From Mobula birostris (Eukaryota), in NCBI RefSeq assembly GCF_030028105.1, contig NC_092380.1, positions 17,075,144 to 17,139,143 on the forward strand: a stretch of 64,000 nt of DNA. The letters run 5' to 3'. Both the position numbers and the translations under genes were made by a program. The notes beneath the pieces are model-generated. The model was not told the DNA's origin and ran no database searches. It was given only the letters and a program-made list of their open reading frames with translations. This document shows positions 62,906 to 64,000 of the stretch, one piece after another (positions within the stretch are counted from its first letter, which is position 1; each line of letters opens with the position of its first letter).

Positions 62906-63894
62906 CCCCTGCATCCTCAGCTGCTTCTCCCACATGGTATCACTCACTTACAAGCTAAAGGAAATTTACAGTGGCCAGTGTTTGGATTGTGGGAAGCAAC
63001 AAGATCACCTGGAAGAAATCTATACAGTCACAAAGAATGTGCAAACGCCACACAGAAAGCACAGGAGGTTAGGATTGAATCCAGGTTTCTGACGCAATAA
63101 TAGTAGTGTTGTCTCTGGTGTCCTGTCGTGTTTACCCCTTGGCCAGAATTGCCAAAAATACAATACCTAGTTACTTTCAGAGTTGTGGCTAGTGGGATTG
63201 AATCACTGTTGCACTTCCTTCTTTAACAACAATGACTACATTTCCAAAGTATTCATTGGCTGAGATTGTGAAGGTGCTGCAGTAGTGCTGATTAATAAAC
63301 CCTGATGCGATTCAAGATAAGATCCCTCCACACGCAGAGGCAGGCAGTTAATGAGCTTTTGTGGATTCCCTGTCCAGGCCAAAGTTCAAAGTACATTTAT
63401 TATCAACGTACGCAGTATACGGCCCTGAGTTTCATCTTCCCACAGACAGCCACTAAACAAAGAAACACTGAGAACCTTTTCAAAGGAAACAACAAACACT
63501 CAATGCGCAAAAAAAGAACAAATCGAGCAAACAACAAAAGAAAGAGCGAAAAATAAAATATTAAATGTCAAACACAGAGTCATTGAAACAGCCTAGGAAT
63601 GTTGTTTAGTTCAGTCAATTTCAATTTAGCGCTGTGTTATTCATTGACTGCAGGCTACAGAACCAGTACACCCTAATCAAAATGGCACAAAGTAGCAAAT
63701 AAAAAGGGAGTGACCAGAAACACACATAACATGAACTACACCAAAGACCCAGTTCTCAAAGCGATGGTGATGACAATCTGTGTTCTGCCACTTGTGTCAG
63801 CAATTGGGAATCAGGAGTGTTTAGAGGAGCTAAAGGAATGGAGAAGGATGAGGGATGATTCCTTTTTAAAATTCTGTCTCTCTTCCTTTTCTAG

Positions 63895-63989
63895 GTTACC
63901 CACTGATGTCAAAGGCGCTGAATGCCACGGGGCGTCCGATTGCCTTTTCCTGTAGCTGGCCAGCATATGAAGGAGGTTTACCACCTCGG
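63895..63989 (+). CDS. NAGA: NAGA fourth coding exon (gene continues beyond window)
   Basis: tttctag| and CGG|gtaat. [32 protein letters not shown]; SCSWPAY is NAGA-type, whereas GLA has SCEWPLY. Confidence 0.97.
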
Positions 63990-64000
63990 GTAATGTCACA

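Noticed and set aside
52356-63989. GLA (alpha-galactosidase A) instead of NAGA
   Set aside because: The SCSWPAY loop and linkage to SMDT1/NDUFA6 indicate NAGA.
1-64000. CRISPR array, rRNA or prokaryotic operon
   Set aside because: No regularly spaced repeat-spacer array or rRNA similarity was seen; the sequence is intron-rich eukaryotic DNA.

Overview
Repeat-rich vertebrate genomic DNA, most likely from a cartilaginous fish (ray/shark-type landscape of CR1, Rex/Babar and RTE LINEs, V-SINEs and many Penelope-like fragments; the organism is an inference). Spliced host genes in order: the last two exons of MCM5 (+), an unrecognised but well-formed 3-exon gene of ~208 aa (+), complete NDUFA6 (+, 3 exons), complete SMDT1/EMRE (-, 2 coding exons plus a 3'UTR exon), and the first four coding exons of NAGA (+). 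The NDUFA6-SMDT1-NAGA block mirrors human 22q13.2, but no PHETA2 is visible. The most notable non-genic signal is a Penelope-like (RT + GIY-YIG) retroelement family. It includes one near full-length frameshifted copy in NDUFA6 intron 1 and many short copies whose terminal repeat carries a minimal type-I hammerhead ribozyme motif (CUGANGA...GAAAC-GUH). Several copies have 8-15 bp target-site duplications, 5' inversions, or 5' ends that stop right at the ribozyme. Also present: nested non-autonomous hAT elements with intact 8-bp TSDs, a Tigger-derived element spanning an assembly gap, two Tc1 remnants and tRNA-derived SINEs.
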